The notes: generated by a model from the sequence alone, not told the origin. Counted from the first letter of the stretch, positions 35,901-47,812 are shown. The stretch: DNA of 64,000 nucleotides from Antechinus flavipes (GCF_016432865.1 NC_067398.1:652736001-652800000), one strand, 5' to 3'. Program-made: numbers and translations.

Positions 35901-38900
35901 CTTTCTGGGGGCAATCTGGCCAAGGCAGAGTAGAACAGGAAGGGGAAGAGGAAAGGAACCAGTACAGACTAAACACCTACTATGTGGTAGGTAGTATGCT
36001 TACCCTTCTTTTAGCATAGCCTATTATGACATTAGCTTTTTGGATCACTAGATTATTCCACTAGCCAGGGGGAACGAAGCTGGTGAGAAAACCAAGAGAT
36101 CCTCAAGATCAGGGCCTTGGCCCCCAAAGTGCTGAGGCAGAACGTGAGGGGCTCCAGCCGCAGGTTCACTGGGGACATTCCCTGGGAGAGCTTGAAGACG
36201 TCTCTTAACTCTCTCCACACCTGCTTCAACACTTTGAGGGTCGGACTTTCAGAGCACTCCCTCTGCCAGCACAAGCTACCACCCTCCCCTCTCTCCCTTA
36301 GCAGGCACTCTTCCCCGATCTGTGGCTAAAACCATTTATGACCTGGTGGCCAACCTTTTGGTGACGAAGCTCTCTAGTCTTAGGCTTTCTGGCCTTGGTA
36401 AGATCTGCCAGAGCTGAAGGGCAGCTAGGTGGTGTCACAGTGCACAGAGGGCTGAGCCTAGGGTCAGAAAGACTCATCTTTCTAAGTTCAAATCTGACCT
36501 CAGATACTTACTAGCTCTGTGACTTAGTTTTCCCATCTGAAAAATGAGCTGGAGAAGAAAATGACAAACCATTCTAGTATCTTTGCCAAAAAGAATTCCA
36601 AATGGGGTCATGAAAAATTGGACAAGATTAAAATGACAGAGGGGAAAAAAGCCAGAATTTATGATCCATTGGCAAAGCCTTCAAAAACCTGGCACCTCCA
36701 TATTATAATGAGACACTAGAAGAAAGCTTTAGAAGAGCCTTCCTTATGTTAATTATTTTATCCATTGTCTATTTGCTTGTGGGTCCTACAAAAATGAAAA
36801 CCTTTAAAGTCCCCAAAAGGACTGACTACTTGCTTTGGAGGAGAACAGAGGAAAAGCTGAGAAGGTTCACTGCCCTTCAGGAGGGATACCCTGGCTGATC
36901 AGCAATGAGAGGTACAGTAATTGAGAGAGGAGCTGGTGGACTAATCCCTGGGCCAGATGAAAAAGTCCAATCCAGGACTACCCAGGATCCCTAGATGTTG
37001 GTATCAGCTGGTGGTCTCAGGTGCTGACAAGGAAGCATAGAAAAAGCAGGGAGGGACGAAATGGCAGTAGCCACATGCTGAGGAGATGGAAGAGACACGA
37101 AGGAATGAGCAAACGGGGTGCTGAGGGGGAAAGGGGACGGCAGAGAGAGCTGGTCGGGGACCATGTGGGCACCAGCCTGCCGGGGGCACTGACCGTGCAG
37201 TTGTACTTGATGCAGTCATCCCAGAAGCGGCTGGCTGAAAACTTCTTCCTGATGACGACGGTGAGCCCATAGAGGAGGCACTGCCCCACCCCCATGATGT
37301 TTCCTGCGGAGAGACTGGGATCAGACCCTCCTGCTCACCTCTTTTCCCCCCTCTGCCCAAGCCCACTCAGTGGCGAGCCCCCCTGCTTCCGTACCTGCTG
37401 AGTGGTACAGAGGGAGGCAGTTGTAAATGATGTCCGAGGGTTTCATTCTGTAGGCATGGTGTCCGAAGGCTGCAATTCGGTAGTACCTGGATGAGAAAGG
37501 GGAGGCGAGGCTGGAGGGTGGAGAGGACTGAAGGGGGGGAGCTAGGGGAAAGGATGAGGCTCATGCTTCGGACCGAGATCACAGGGCAGGAGCCAAGATG
37601 GACGTGGGTGGGACGGAGTCAGGGCTGGGGGAGGAGGGGAAGGATTGTGTGGAAGGGACTGAGGTAAGAACAGGGGGAAAGAGGCTTAAGTAGCAAGCCC
37701 AAGGGAAGCTCCGGCGGAGTAGGTACGCCTCCCTGGCTACGGACCCTCACTCGGATTTCGGCCCACCTGCTGTGTACTACAATCGCAGCTTTGGGCATCC
37801 CAGTAGTGCCAGAAGTGTAGATGTAGAAGAGCCGATCTGCAAGGAAAGGGAAGCATCAGGGTGGGAGGGGCCCGGAGCCCTTTGGGACTGTTGGGGGAGG
37901 TGGGACTACAGGGGTGGAGGGAGGGAGGGAAAAGGCAAACAGAATAGAACAAAACTGGAGAGGCCGGCAGGGAGTCTCGGGGAACCCCCGAAACCAGACT
38001 CACCATCCATCCCTTTATGGGGCACTTGCATCGGGGGGGCTGTGGAGGCCTCACTCAGCATGGGATCGAGGAGGTGAGTATCGGGGGTGACGCCTTCCGG
38101 CCCGAAGTCCCCCGAGCAGAACTTCACGAGGTTTTTCCCCAGCTGTATGCTCACCTCAGAAATGGCTGGAACACACGAGAAGCCCGCCTGTTAGCCCCAA
38201 GCTGGTCCCCCTCGGAGCCGCCGCCTGAGAACTTGGCCCGAAGGCCTCCTGTCCCCGGCACTGACCCCTTGGTGGCTGACATGCCTCTTCCCCTCCGTCA
38301 GCCGCAGGTTCCAGCTCCAAAGCCAGAGCTGCTTGTCAGGCCCAGCCCAGACCTACCTGCAAGTCCTAGCTTCCCAGGGATTGGGGGCCCCGGGCTACAG
38401 ACATACCTGGACGGGCGGGTAATTGTCTTTTCTCTTGAGCACCAGGCCGTCCCTCGCCCTTGCCCAAACAGTTCAGCCAGGGAACGCTTTGTAAAGCTGC
38501 TCGGTCCGGTCCAGCCCGCTTCCCTCCCCGCCAGGACCCCACGGACCCCCGATCCCTCCGGTCGTTCACCAGGTGGGCCATGGTTCCCCTCCTCCTGCCT
38601 CTGAAAGTCCTCCCCCAGACCCTGTGCCATGTTACTGTGGGGCCGGGCCCCCAGTCTCACCGGCTGCCAGCTCCCCCCCAAAGATCAGGGCCTTGGCCCC
38701 CGAGGTGCTGAGGCAGAAGGTGAGGGGCTCCAGCCGCAGGTTCACATTGAGCAGGGCAGCCTCCACGCCTGCTTTGGCCAGGCCGAGCCACAGTCCCACA
38801 AACTCGGGCCGGCCTTCCAGGAACATGGCCACCACGTCGCCGGAGCCGAAGCCAAGCTGCAGGAACAGGTTGGCCACGGCGTTGGAGTACTCGTCCAGCT

Positions 38901-41885
38901 GCTGGAACGTCCACTGCCGCCCGCTGACCGCGTCCACCAGGGCCACCTTCTGGGGCTGCCGGGTGGCCACCTCCTGGAAGACGGAGGGAATGGTGTGCCT
39001 GGCCTGCTGGTGCCGCCGGAGCTCGTAGCGCACACTGATCAGCACAGAGAGGCCGCTGCAGGGGGAGAAGAGACCGAAGGAGCCTGTAACAGAAGCCCGA
39101 GGGGCAGCCGCGGAGCCCCCGGCCCGGCAGCAGCGAGGCGGGGGGGGGGGGGGGGAGGAAAGGGAGAGGCGGGGGGAGGCGAAGCGAGGGCCACCCACAC
39201 GCATTTGCCATGGGACCCGAGCAGCTTCTGCTTCAGTTTTTTCCTCTGGGAACTGGCCCATCTTGTGGGAGTAATGAGGCAAGGAAAAAGGAAAAGGAAC
39301 CCTCATATTCCAACAGAAAGCAAGTTCCCTAAAGGCAGAGAGTCTCAGTTCTGTTGCTGTATCCTCGTACCTACTACAGGCCCATAGAGAAGGCATTTAA
39401 GAAATACATATTGATTGACCCATTGAACAAGTTTGGGTAGATATATAAAATTTTAAAATTGTATATAATACCTTATATTTTGATTAAAATGTTTTGATAT
39501 GAAAAATGCAAAAATGTTTTCAATACAAGATATATATTGTGTGGTCAAATAGTACCTATTTAGCATATTCCTACTCAAAGAAAGCTTCATAATATAATTT
39601 CTAATTACATACAACTCAAGGTATTATGTTCATGTAAATCTCAGAGAAGAGTCTTACCTTCTGGGACTCACAAAGGCTCCTTTATAGTTTACTTAGTGTA
39701 ATTAAAAATGTCTTCTCTTGTTTAGTTAGAACCCATTCAGTCCAGAAGATCCAATTAAACTAAGAGGTACATGGTTCTGGTTCTCACACTTAGTGTCTCC
39801 AGAGGACAAGCTTCTAAACTACAGTACGGGAAGATTCAGCTCTCTTGACTCTCTGTAAGGATGTATATAAGGTTAAGTCCTCAACTCTTAAAAAAAAAAA
39901 AAGTCATGGACTTAAATGACAGTTGAATGGTAGGGAATAAAGGAGGTCTGACCAAGAAAGAGGAATATAAGGATAAATGCGAGGAGGAGGAGGAACAGGA
40001 GAGTGGGACATTTTTACCCAAATAGTCTAGAAGACATTGTGAAGGATAGATTTCTGAGGATTGAATAATGGTGTTTCTAGTTAAACCAAAAAGTATAAAG
40101 GTTATATTGGGGATATGTACTGTTCTGACAGATGCATCCCCAAATACAGGATTAACCTGTTCAGCAGGGAATCCATGCTACTGAGCTTCTATAAATACAA
40201 CCACCAATGATCACTCGATTTTCTGAGATACTATGTTGGTAAATTCCTATTTTAATTGGTCATGATGCACCTTTTTTTTCTCTTTTGAGTCATGAAGAAC
40301 ATACATTCCCACTTACTTCAATGTATGTAGAAAACATAAAACTAGAGCAAAATTTCTAGCTCACTGACTGAAATAAATAATACCATAACTGCTGAGAATG
40401 AGGAGAACAGCAAAGGAGGACTAATTACAGGAGGGAGGGAGACGGCAATCTGGGAGACCATGCCTTGGATCAATGAAAGCTGGAAAGAAGATGGTACAAG
40501 GGCTAAAAGCTATCTACAGGTTGGGGTAGAAGTGGGCCATGGGGAGCAAAAAAAAAAAAAAAGTCCACAAACTGATTAAATATTTGATGAGGAAGAATCA
40601 AGTTTTAAAGGCTCTGAAAGAATAAAGATACTCTGCGCTGTAACATGAGCACTCAGAGGGCTGTTATTTTGGGAGACCTAAGGAAGCTCCCTTGCCTTGC
40701 CTCCTCCCTCCTGCCCCCCAGCTTCGGCCCTCCCCTGGCATTAGCTCCGCTCTCACTCTGTTCACGCTCTGCCCTCTCCTTCCCAAGTCCCGCCCGCCAT
40801 CCCCTCTCCTGCTTCTCCTCTCTGCCTTTACCCCTTCTTCCTTCACCCCCAGCTCCATCCCATTTTGCCCCAGGCCAAGCATCCCTGAGAGCCCAGAGGA
40901 AGCAGAGGGCCCAGGAGGGGGATGGGGGGGCACTAGCTCATTCGAGCGACTTGCAGGCCAGGTCCTAACTTGTGGCGTTGGGGCCCCTTGCTCTTCGGGG
41001 AAAGACGCAGCATCTGCACGCCGTGTTTCTCTCCTCTGCCCGGACTGTCTGTTCCTCTCCTCGCGCTCCTTTCCCTCGCGGCACCCGATGGAAGGGCAGA
41101 GCCGCCAGGAGGAAGCCGGGGTGGGTTCTAGCTGAGGACAGCGCCTGTGGCGTCGGGGGCGGCCACTCCAAGCCTCGGAGTCCGGCCTCCTTGCCCCCGC
41201 TTGGGCCTGCCCTTTCACCTCCCCCCAGAGGGAACAAGCTCTCTTCAGATCTTCACTCCCAGTCGGAAGGGAACCATCTGCTCGCATCAGACTCCCAGGG
41301 ACTGCCTACACTCCTTTGTAGTGGATAAAGGAACCTTTCTCTTGCTCCCTGGCCCAGCCCCAGACATGTTTCACCCTCCTAGTCGCTTCTTCCAAGGGCA
41401 GACTCCATTTTGAAAAAGCCACAGTGTCTCCGGGAAGCTATGGGAGACAAAGCTCACCCTGCACATCTCCCCCAACGGCACCAACTTCTAGCTAGATGAA
41501 GCCCCTATATTCCGTGGGGGCGGGAGAAGCGCTACAGACTCGGGCAGAGCGAGTTGTACAAACTGCGCCCACTCTCTCGAGGCCATGGAGCTAAGTGTAC
41601 GCCACAAGCTATCCCAGTGCCGTCCCCGCCTCGGGACCCACCACCACCGCCCCGCTCCCCAGTGTCCCCCCCACTGCTCCTCACAGAGCCCCTTGGCGCC
41701 TCACATGTCTCCACTTACAAAAGGTCCCTCAGTGCTGTCTTGAAAATAATGCGCAGGAAACGCCAACCACCGGTGCCCACATAGATAGTCAGAGCAGCTG
41801 CCAGACCCCAGGACCAGGGCAGTCCCAGGAATCGGAGGAAGCCCACCGAGGCCAGAGAAGCGGTACAGAGACCCGCAGCACGCAT
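29945..41885 (-). CDS. SLC27A1: Long-chain fatty acid transport protein 1 (FATP1), 646 aa, 12 coding exons
   Basis: Exons 41719-41885, 38661-39055, 38004-38165, 37767-37836 (AMP-binding [12 protein letters not shown]), 37395-37486, 37194-37303, 31578-31787 (IGEFYGATE), 31208-31334, 30957-31094, 30524-30688 (FATP signature [19 protein letters not shown]), 30232-30378, 29945-30102 (TAA, followed by TAG); 1941 nt = 646 aa + stop, same length as human. Intron 10 has a GC donor. A splice acceptor (ctctctcctag|G-ATG) sits 1 nt before the ATG, so an upstream exon must exist. Confidence 0.97.
32370..34160. mobile_element. Cluster of marsupial L1 3'-end fragments (both orientations) and a short RTE-like piece in SLC27A1 intron 6
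   Basis: Plus copy ~32370-32722 (ttgtgcagcat...ttgaaaataaaaagc), minus copy ~33625-33850, plus copy ~33860-34160; RTE-like tggctgtgaatcatggaatac at ~33245-33360. Confidence 0.7.
36105..36169 (-). pseudogene. 65-bp ectopic copy of part of SLC27A1 coding exon 2 (38681-38745)
   Basis: 62/65 nt identical, same orientation; encodes [21 protein letters not shown] vs [21 protein letters not shown]. Confidence 0.9.
36419..36640 (+). mobile_element. Marsupial core-SINE (Mar1/MIR-type)
   Basis: gggcagctaggtggt...aagttcaaatctgacctcagatacttactagc...gagctggagaagaaaatgacaaaccattctagtatctttgccaa. Confidence 0.75.
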
Positions 41886-41999
41886 CCTAGGAGAGAGACG
41901 GTGAAGAATCATTACCCTAGGCCATAACTGGGGGAAGGAGTCAGGGGGAGAGAGAAGAGAGCCAGTAAGGTCAGGGAACAGGTATCATTGGGTCACAGG

Positions 42000-43580
42000 A
42001 CTTAGAAAAGGCCTGGGAGGCAACGGGACAGAGGAACAAGAAGACGCAGTGAAAAAGAGACGTAATGGAGAAAATTAGAGACAGAAGAATCATGGGAGGC
42101 GGGAGAGAATGGAGGAGAAGTAACAGGGGAAAGTTCAGGGGAAGAGAGGGCAGAAAGGGGAAGAAGAGAAAGTGATAAAGGAAGGGAGGGAGAGAAAGAG
42201 TAAGGGGAGAATGACAGGGCTAGCAGAACAGATGGAAAAAAGGTGAAGGAGGACAGGAAGAAAAAGAGGGAAGAGTTGAGGGAAAGTCAAAGAAGGTATG
42301 AAGAGAGCGGGGGAAGAGGGGAGAGTGAGAGGGGGGAGGGGGAAGAAGGAGAAAGTAAGAGATGGGGAAACGTTGAAGGGAGAGACAATTAGGAAGGAGG
42401 TAGTGAGAGTGAAGAACATGACAAGGGAAAAGGGGGTGACAGGGAAATAGTGAAGACAAAATAATGAGGGGACAGTGGAGGACGGAGAGTGAGGGGGAAG
42501 AGAAAGTGGAAAAAGTTGCATACACAATGAAGGGGGGACAATGAAGGAGGCAGCAGGGAAAGGAGAGGAAGGGGAGAGTAGTGGGGGTAGAAGTGAGCGG
42601 AGGCAGAGGGACAATGGGGAAAATGGGGCATGAGGGGCAGTAAGGACAAGGAAAAAGGTCAATGGGAGAAAACACGGATGATTTGGAGGTTCGGGATGGT
42701 ACAACAGTGGCCTCTGAAATGTGTGTTAACTTTTTTAGTGACTACTGGGACAGGGGGCAGGAGAGGGAAACGAGTCAGTGGAGGGGTTCTTTTGGTTCAG
42801 GTTGGAATATCTTTGGTCTTTTCTAACTGATTTAGTCATGCCCAATCATCAGTATCACTGATCACTGATACCGTGGGGGGACAACAAGGGGAACAGTGAG
42901 GGGAGAGTGAGGGAGACTGTGAAGGAGAATTGTGAGGGGACAGTGGAAAGGGACTGTGAAGGGACAGTAAGCAAACAGTGAGAGGATGAGCAAAAGGGTC
43001 AGGGAGGAGGAAGTGAAGGGTCACTGAGGGGGTGATAAGAGGGATGTGGGAGAGCAGTGAGGGGCAGTGGGGGGAGAGTGAGGGAGGACAATGAGGGAAT
43101 AGCTTAAAGGGACACTGAGGGGGACAATAAGAGGGATGGTGGGAGAGCACTGAGAAGGGGCGGTGAGGGAGGAGGGTGAGGGGACAGTAAAAAGGGGATA
43201 ATATATGAAGGGGATAATAAAAGGGGCAGTGGGAAAGTAGTGAGGGAAGAGGGAGGGAGGGCAGTGGGGGGATAGCTTAAAGGGACACTGAGGGGGACAA
43301 TGAGAGGGATGGTGGGAGAGCACTGAGAGGGGCAGTGGGGGGAAGTGAGGGGACAGTAAAAAGGGGATAAAAAGGGGCAGTGGGAAAGTAGTGAGGGAAG
43401 AGGGAGGGAGGACAGTGGGGGGCCAGCAGGAAGGAACTTGGGAAAAGGAACGCGAGGGGGGACAGGAAGAGGGACAGGGAAGGCAGTGGGGGGAGGGGGA
43501 GTAAGGAAGTGAAAAGGAACTGTGAAGGGACAGTTAGGGAGACACTGAGGGGACAGTGGGAGGCACCAGAGGAGGAAGAG
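42000..43580. repeat. Polypurine (plus) low-complexity / degenerate minisatellite tract
   Basis: Repeated gagggg(g)acagt-like units; a larger internal direct repeat starts at 43099 and 43272 (period ~173). Confidence 0.85.
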
Positions 43581-43849
43581 TGAGAGCGGGACAGTGAGGA
43601 GACAGGAGCTTCTGGTACACGGTGGACTAGGTGACCTCGGAGGTTCCTTCCCGGCTGGATGGTGACCACAATGGCTTCGGGGGGTGAGGGTGCGGGTGGG
43701 ATCTACAGGGGGTTCTTGGAAACAGGAAGGGAGGACAGCGAGGGTGAGGAGGATCGGTGAGGGGGTGGGGAACAAGGGGAGGATGGGAAGGGGCATCAAT
43801 GAGGGAACAATGAGAGCTTTGGAACAAATAGTGACACACATAGTGTCAC

Positions 43850-46500
43850 ACACACCGAGTCACGCGCGCACACACACACACAAACACGCACGCGTGCACA
43901 CGTACCTCACTCCCTGGTCCGCCCCCAGGCCCCCCACCCTCTCCCTTCCCCCTCTTTGGCTTCCGGAGGTCCGGACCATAGAGCACCTGGGGGGCCAGAG
44001 AGGCCGGTTCCGAGATCCGGCGGCTGGAACAGTCATCCTGCAGCTACCCTTCGTCTCCATGGCAACCCGCCGTCAGACAGGCGCCGAGGTGGGGGAGGGT
44101 AAAAGAGGGAGCCTCTCACGTGAGCTGAGAACCGGCTCTCTCGCCAGCCCCCTCCCCCTTCCCCCGCAGGGCAGATATGGAAACTGAGGCCCAGAATGGA
44201 CGTTTATCTGACGTCCCCGGACTCAGGCCGCCGGATCCGATCCCCGTGCGGGGGGCCGGCACGCTGCGGGCGGCCGCCCCCTAATGCTTGGAGAATGAAT
44301 GAACCCGTGTGTGCGGAGGTGTGTCCGCTTGGCCATTCGGGCCGCTCCGCTCGGGCCTCCCGGACAGCCCAGAAGCAGCGGGCCCCTACTCATGCCCAGC
44401 ACCCCGCCCGGGGTTGGGGTAAGTCCGTCCTCCTTGACCTCCCTGAGCGTGCCACAAGCGACACCCCCTGAGCGCTAGATGTCCGATTCCCAGAGCGGGA
44501 GCCCGGGGACCATCCGGCCCCACCGAGAAGGGGGACCCCAGAGGGTCTGCGGAGAGATTTCCGGACGAGAGGGGGGAATAGATCTCGATTTTCACTAATT
44601 TCTCCCTGAAGTGAAGCGTTTCCTTAAGTTACTTAAAACCATTCTTCTGGCTTCACCAGACTGCCCGGGAGGTCCGCGCGCTAAAGCCGACCCGCGTCGG
44701 AGTCACCCGGGACTTGCTTGAGAGCTCTGGGAAGAGGGAAGCATCGTTTCTACGGGGTGACTCCGGGAGCTTGGCTCCCCCCACCCCGGCGTCAATCACA
44801 GGCTAACCCTATGCTCGGGAGGATCACGGAGCGGGGCTACACATGTTTTACGATTTGAAAGGAGAAAAGGGCCCGACTGAGGGGTAGTCCGGGCTCTGCT
44901 CCGTCCTGCCCCTGGCCACTCTCAGTGTAGCCCTTGGGCCCTGGCTCTGCTCGGTTCTGGGTCACTCACCTCCTAGAAGTCCTCCACAGCAGCTTTCATG
45001 GAAGGTCAGGCGATCTGAGGCCCTGGGTGCAGAAGGCCGTCCCAGCCGCTGAGAGGTCAGGCCTTCTGCTCGCGTTATCGCCCGGATCTTCGGTACTGGG
45101 CTCTGGGCGGCTGCCCTCCAGGCCACACTGCGGGCGATCTGGCTCCGCCGGGCCTCGGTGGGTAAGCAGTGCGGGCAGAAGCGGCGCGGGGGCCTCAGAG
45201 CCTCCGCAGAGGAAGCCTGGGCTTCGGCAGAGGGCACGCGAAAAGCTCCATCTCCGGTCTCTGAGCGCGGCCAGCCTGCTGAAGAAGGGCACACTCTCAG
45301 CTTTCCCAAAGAGGATTTCAGTGCTACCACAAGCGGATGCCCCCAAGCCACCGCTCAGATTCCGCCCCTCGTAGGGCCTGGCTAGATAAATCGCCCTTCT
45401 AGCAGCTCCTGGGATGCTCTACCAGGCATCTGGGGAGGGGGTGGGGGGCACCCCGGCGGGCCCAAGCACCGGCCCCAACTCTGGGTGCCGCCTGGCCTGG
45501 AAGAGCCGCTGAAACTGGGAGAGCCTTTCCCCGCTCTCACGCCACAATTTCAAGTTCTCTGGCCAAGTTCCCTGGGCTCCTCTCCCCCAACCCGCCCCTA
45601 CCCCCGCCCCCCCAGCTCCGCCCCGATCCTTTGGATGCTTGTTTTCAAACAAGATCTATGACCTTTCCCCCACTTTCCCTTCCGGGGGAGGCAGCCTTGG
45701 CCTTGGTCCAGTGCCCTTCAGAGAAGGGGGCTGACAGGCACACACTTTATAGCCTCCTATTGGTCCCTCGAGTGTGGGCAGCTTAGCTTGAGGGAGGGGG
45801 GAGGGGGGAAAATACATGGAAACTGTTGCACCGAGTGCCCCCTCCTCCCCGGCCTCCACAAAATAACGAAACTGAGCCTGGCAAAAGGCTCGCCCAACAG
45901 CCCCTCCTGGCGGCTTGAAATTGTATGCTCCTGTACTGGCCTCACAGCCCGAGTGCCAGGAGGGCCCTGGTCCAAAAGGGTCACTTAGGGCAACCCCCCC
46001 TCTGTGATCCAGCGATGGGCCCCACAGGCAGTGGGTGACAGACGAGCGCTGGAACTTGGGGCTTATGACTGAAACCACCTCCTCCATTCCCTTCCTCGAA
46101 TCCCTCCTGGCAGCCCCTTCCCAGTGCCCCCAGCCCTCACCACCCCTTCACTGAGCCTGTATTCCTGTGCAAAGGCGTTTCCCCCCCACGGAATGTAAGG
46201 CCCATCAGTAAGCACTTGTCCTGGGCTGAGCCTGGCGGCGGAGAGCAAGCCCCTTCCCCAAACGCCGTCCCTGCCCTTAAAGCGCTTCCACTCGGACGGG
46301 CAGGGAGCCGTACAAGGGGGGAACTAGGAAGGGCGCCTGCCGAGGGAGGGATGCCGAGAGAGGAAGCCAGGGATGCTGAGAAATGGAGAGCCAGGCCCCG
46401 CACTCCCCTCGGTGCTGAGGTTAAGCCAACTGGCCAGGAAGGCCCACTAGGTGGGAGTATTCGAACCCGGGTCTCCCGCACTCTTCACAGCAGATAGAAT
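43850..46500 (-). promoter_or_regulatory. CpG island / upstream promoter region of SLC27A1 with candidate non-coding or alternative first exons
   Basis: High CpG density; RFX X-box GTCTCCATGGCAAC 44053-44066; E-box TCACGTGA 44116-44123; GC boxes ~45590-45625; minus-strand TATAAA 45746-45751 and CCAAT 45759-45763; minus-strand donors GAG|GTACGT (exon end 43906) and GAG|GTGAGT (exon end 44970). Actual TSS use is inferred. Confidence 0.7.
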
Positions 46501-46574
46501 CTCCCGGGTGAGGAATAGCAAGTAAACCTGTATGGCCAGACCTTCGGGTGTGCGGGAATAATGGGTATGAAGCC

Positions 46575-47045
46575 CGGAAACATCTAGGGCCGGATCATGA
46601 AGAAACTGAACTGCCAAACAAATGTTTGTACTTGATCTGGAGATAACAGGGAGACATGGGAGTTTGGATGCGGGTGGGGAATGGCTGGGAGGGAACGGGC
46701 CTGGATCAGACCCACGGTGTAGGAAACCATTTTGGCAGCCGTGTGAAGGACAAATTGAGGCAGGAAGACCAATTAAAACATTATAATCTAGATGAGAGAT
46801 AACAAAATTTGGCAAATGATTGGATCTAAGGAATGAAAACAGACACACGGAGTGGGGGAAGCGGGATGAGGAGGAGAATGAGAGATTGAGAGTATCTGGA
46901 AAATTTGGGAGAGAGGGAGGCTCTGGGGGAATGGTGAGCTTAGTTTTAAGGCTATGTTGCATCTGAAGTTGCTGGAGAAAGATGAGTTCACTTTTGGCCA
47001 CGCTGAGTTTTAAACATCCATTTTGAAAGTTCCAATAAGGCAAGT
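46575..47045 (-). mobile_element. L2 LINE fragment
   Basis: ggaagaccaattaaaacattataatctagatgag...atgagttcacttttggccacgctgagttt (L2 minus-strand signature). Confidence 0.6.
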
Positions 47046-47812
47046 GATGGAGAGTAAGCAGGATGAGCTATACCAAAGTGGGAATCATCAGCATAGAGAT
47101 ACTGAATGCATGGGAAATAATGAGATCACTAAAAAAAGTGGAGAGAGAAGAGAGTCCAGGACAGAGTTGGGGTGGGGGGGACATCCATAGTTAGTGGGCG
47201 TGACATGGATGAAGCTCAGACAAAGCTTTTCATACTTAAGAGCAGGGACTGTTTCATGTTTTGGCTTTGTAATCCCTGTACCTAGCAGAGAGCATGGCAC
47301 GGCCAGCTCAAAGACTGACTGCTCTTTTCAAGAGGCAGGAGCAGTAGAAAGGGTGCTGGATTTGCAATCAGATTTTGCTTCAGTTCCCACCTCTGGCACT
47401 AATTACCTCTGTGACCTTGAATGTCATTCACTTTTATGAGTCTCAGGAACCTCAGTTATAAAATAAGGAACTTGGTCTGGACTCTAAGGAGTCCACCTTC
47501 CCCCTTAAATTCTGTGATATTATTTGACTCTCTCCTGTCTCTCCACTCTCCACCCTCTCAGCATAGTCAGGCTGGCTCCTCACTGACTTCCCAAAGGATC
47601 CAGATGAGCACCAGGAATTTTCTTCTGGCCTTAGCCTCCATTCCTGCCTCTATTAATAACGACAGACAGCACTTACCCAAGGGAGGTGATGGGCTGGGCA
47701 TCCCTCACTGCACAGGGCCATAGCCCTTAGAGCATGACGAGGATCCAGGCCCAGCCCTCCAAAGAGGGCTTCCATTTGCTTTGCTGCCTCATCGCCACAA
47801 GATTCCACCCTA

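Noticed and set aside
36185-36208. LRDVFKLS next to the ectopic exon-2 fragment resembles the exon1/exon2 junction LRDLFGLS, hinting at a spliced retrocopy
   Set aside because: Only 15/24 nt identical, versus 62/65 for the adjacent fragment. That is inconsistent with a single event and probably chance.
38573-39396. Several 150-250 aa overlapping ORFs around SLC27A1 exon 2
   Set aside because: Alternative-frame and antisense shadows of a high-GC3 exon.
42135-43853. Long Pro/Leu/Ser-rich minus-strand ORFs
   Set aside because: Produced by the pyrimidine-rich low-complexity tract, which lacks stop codons.
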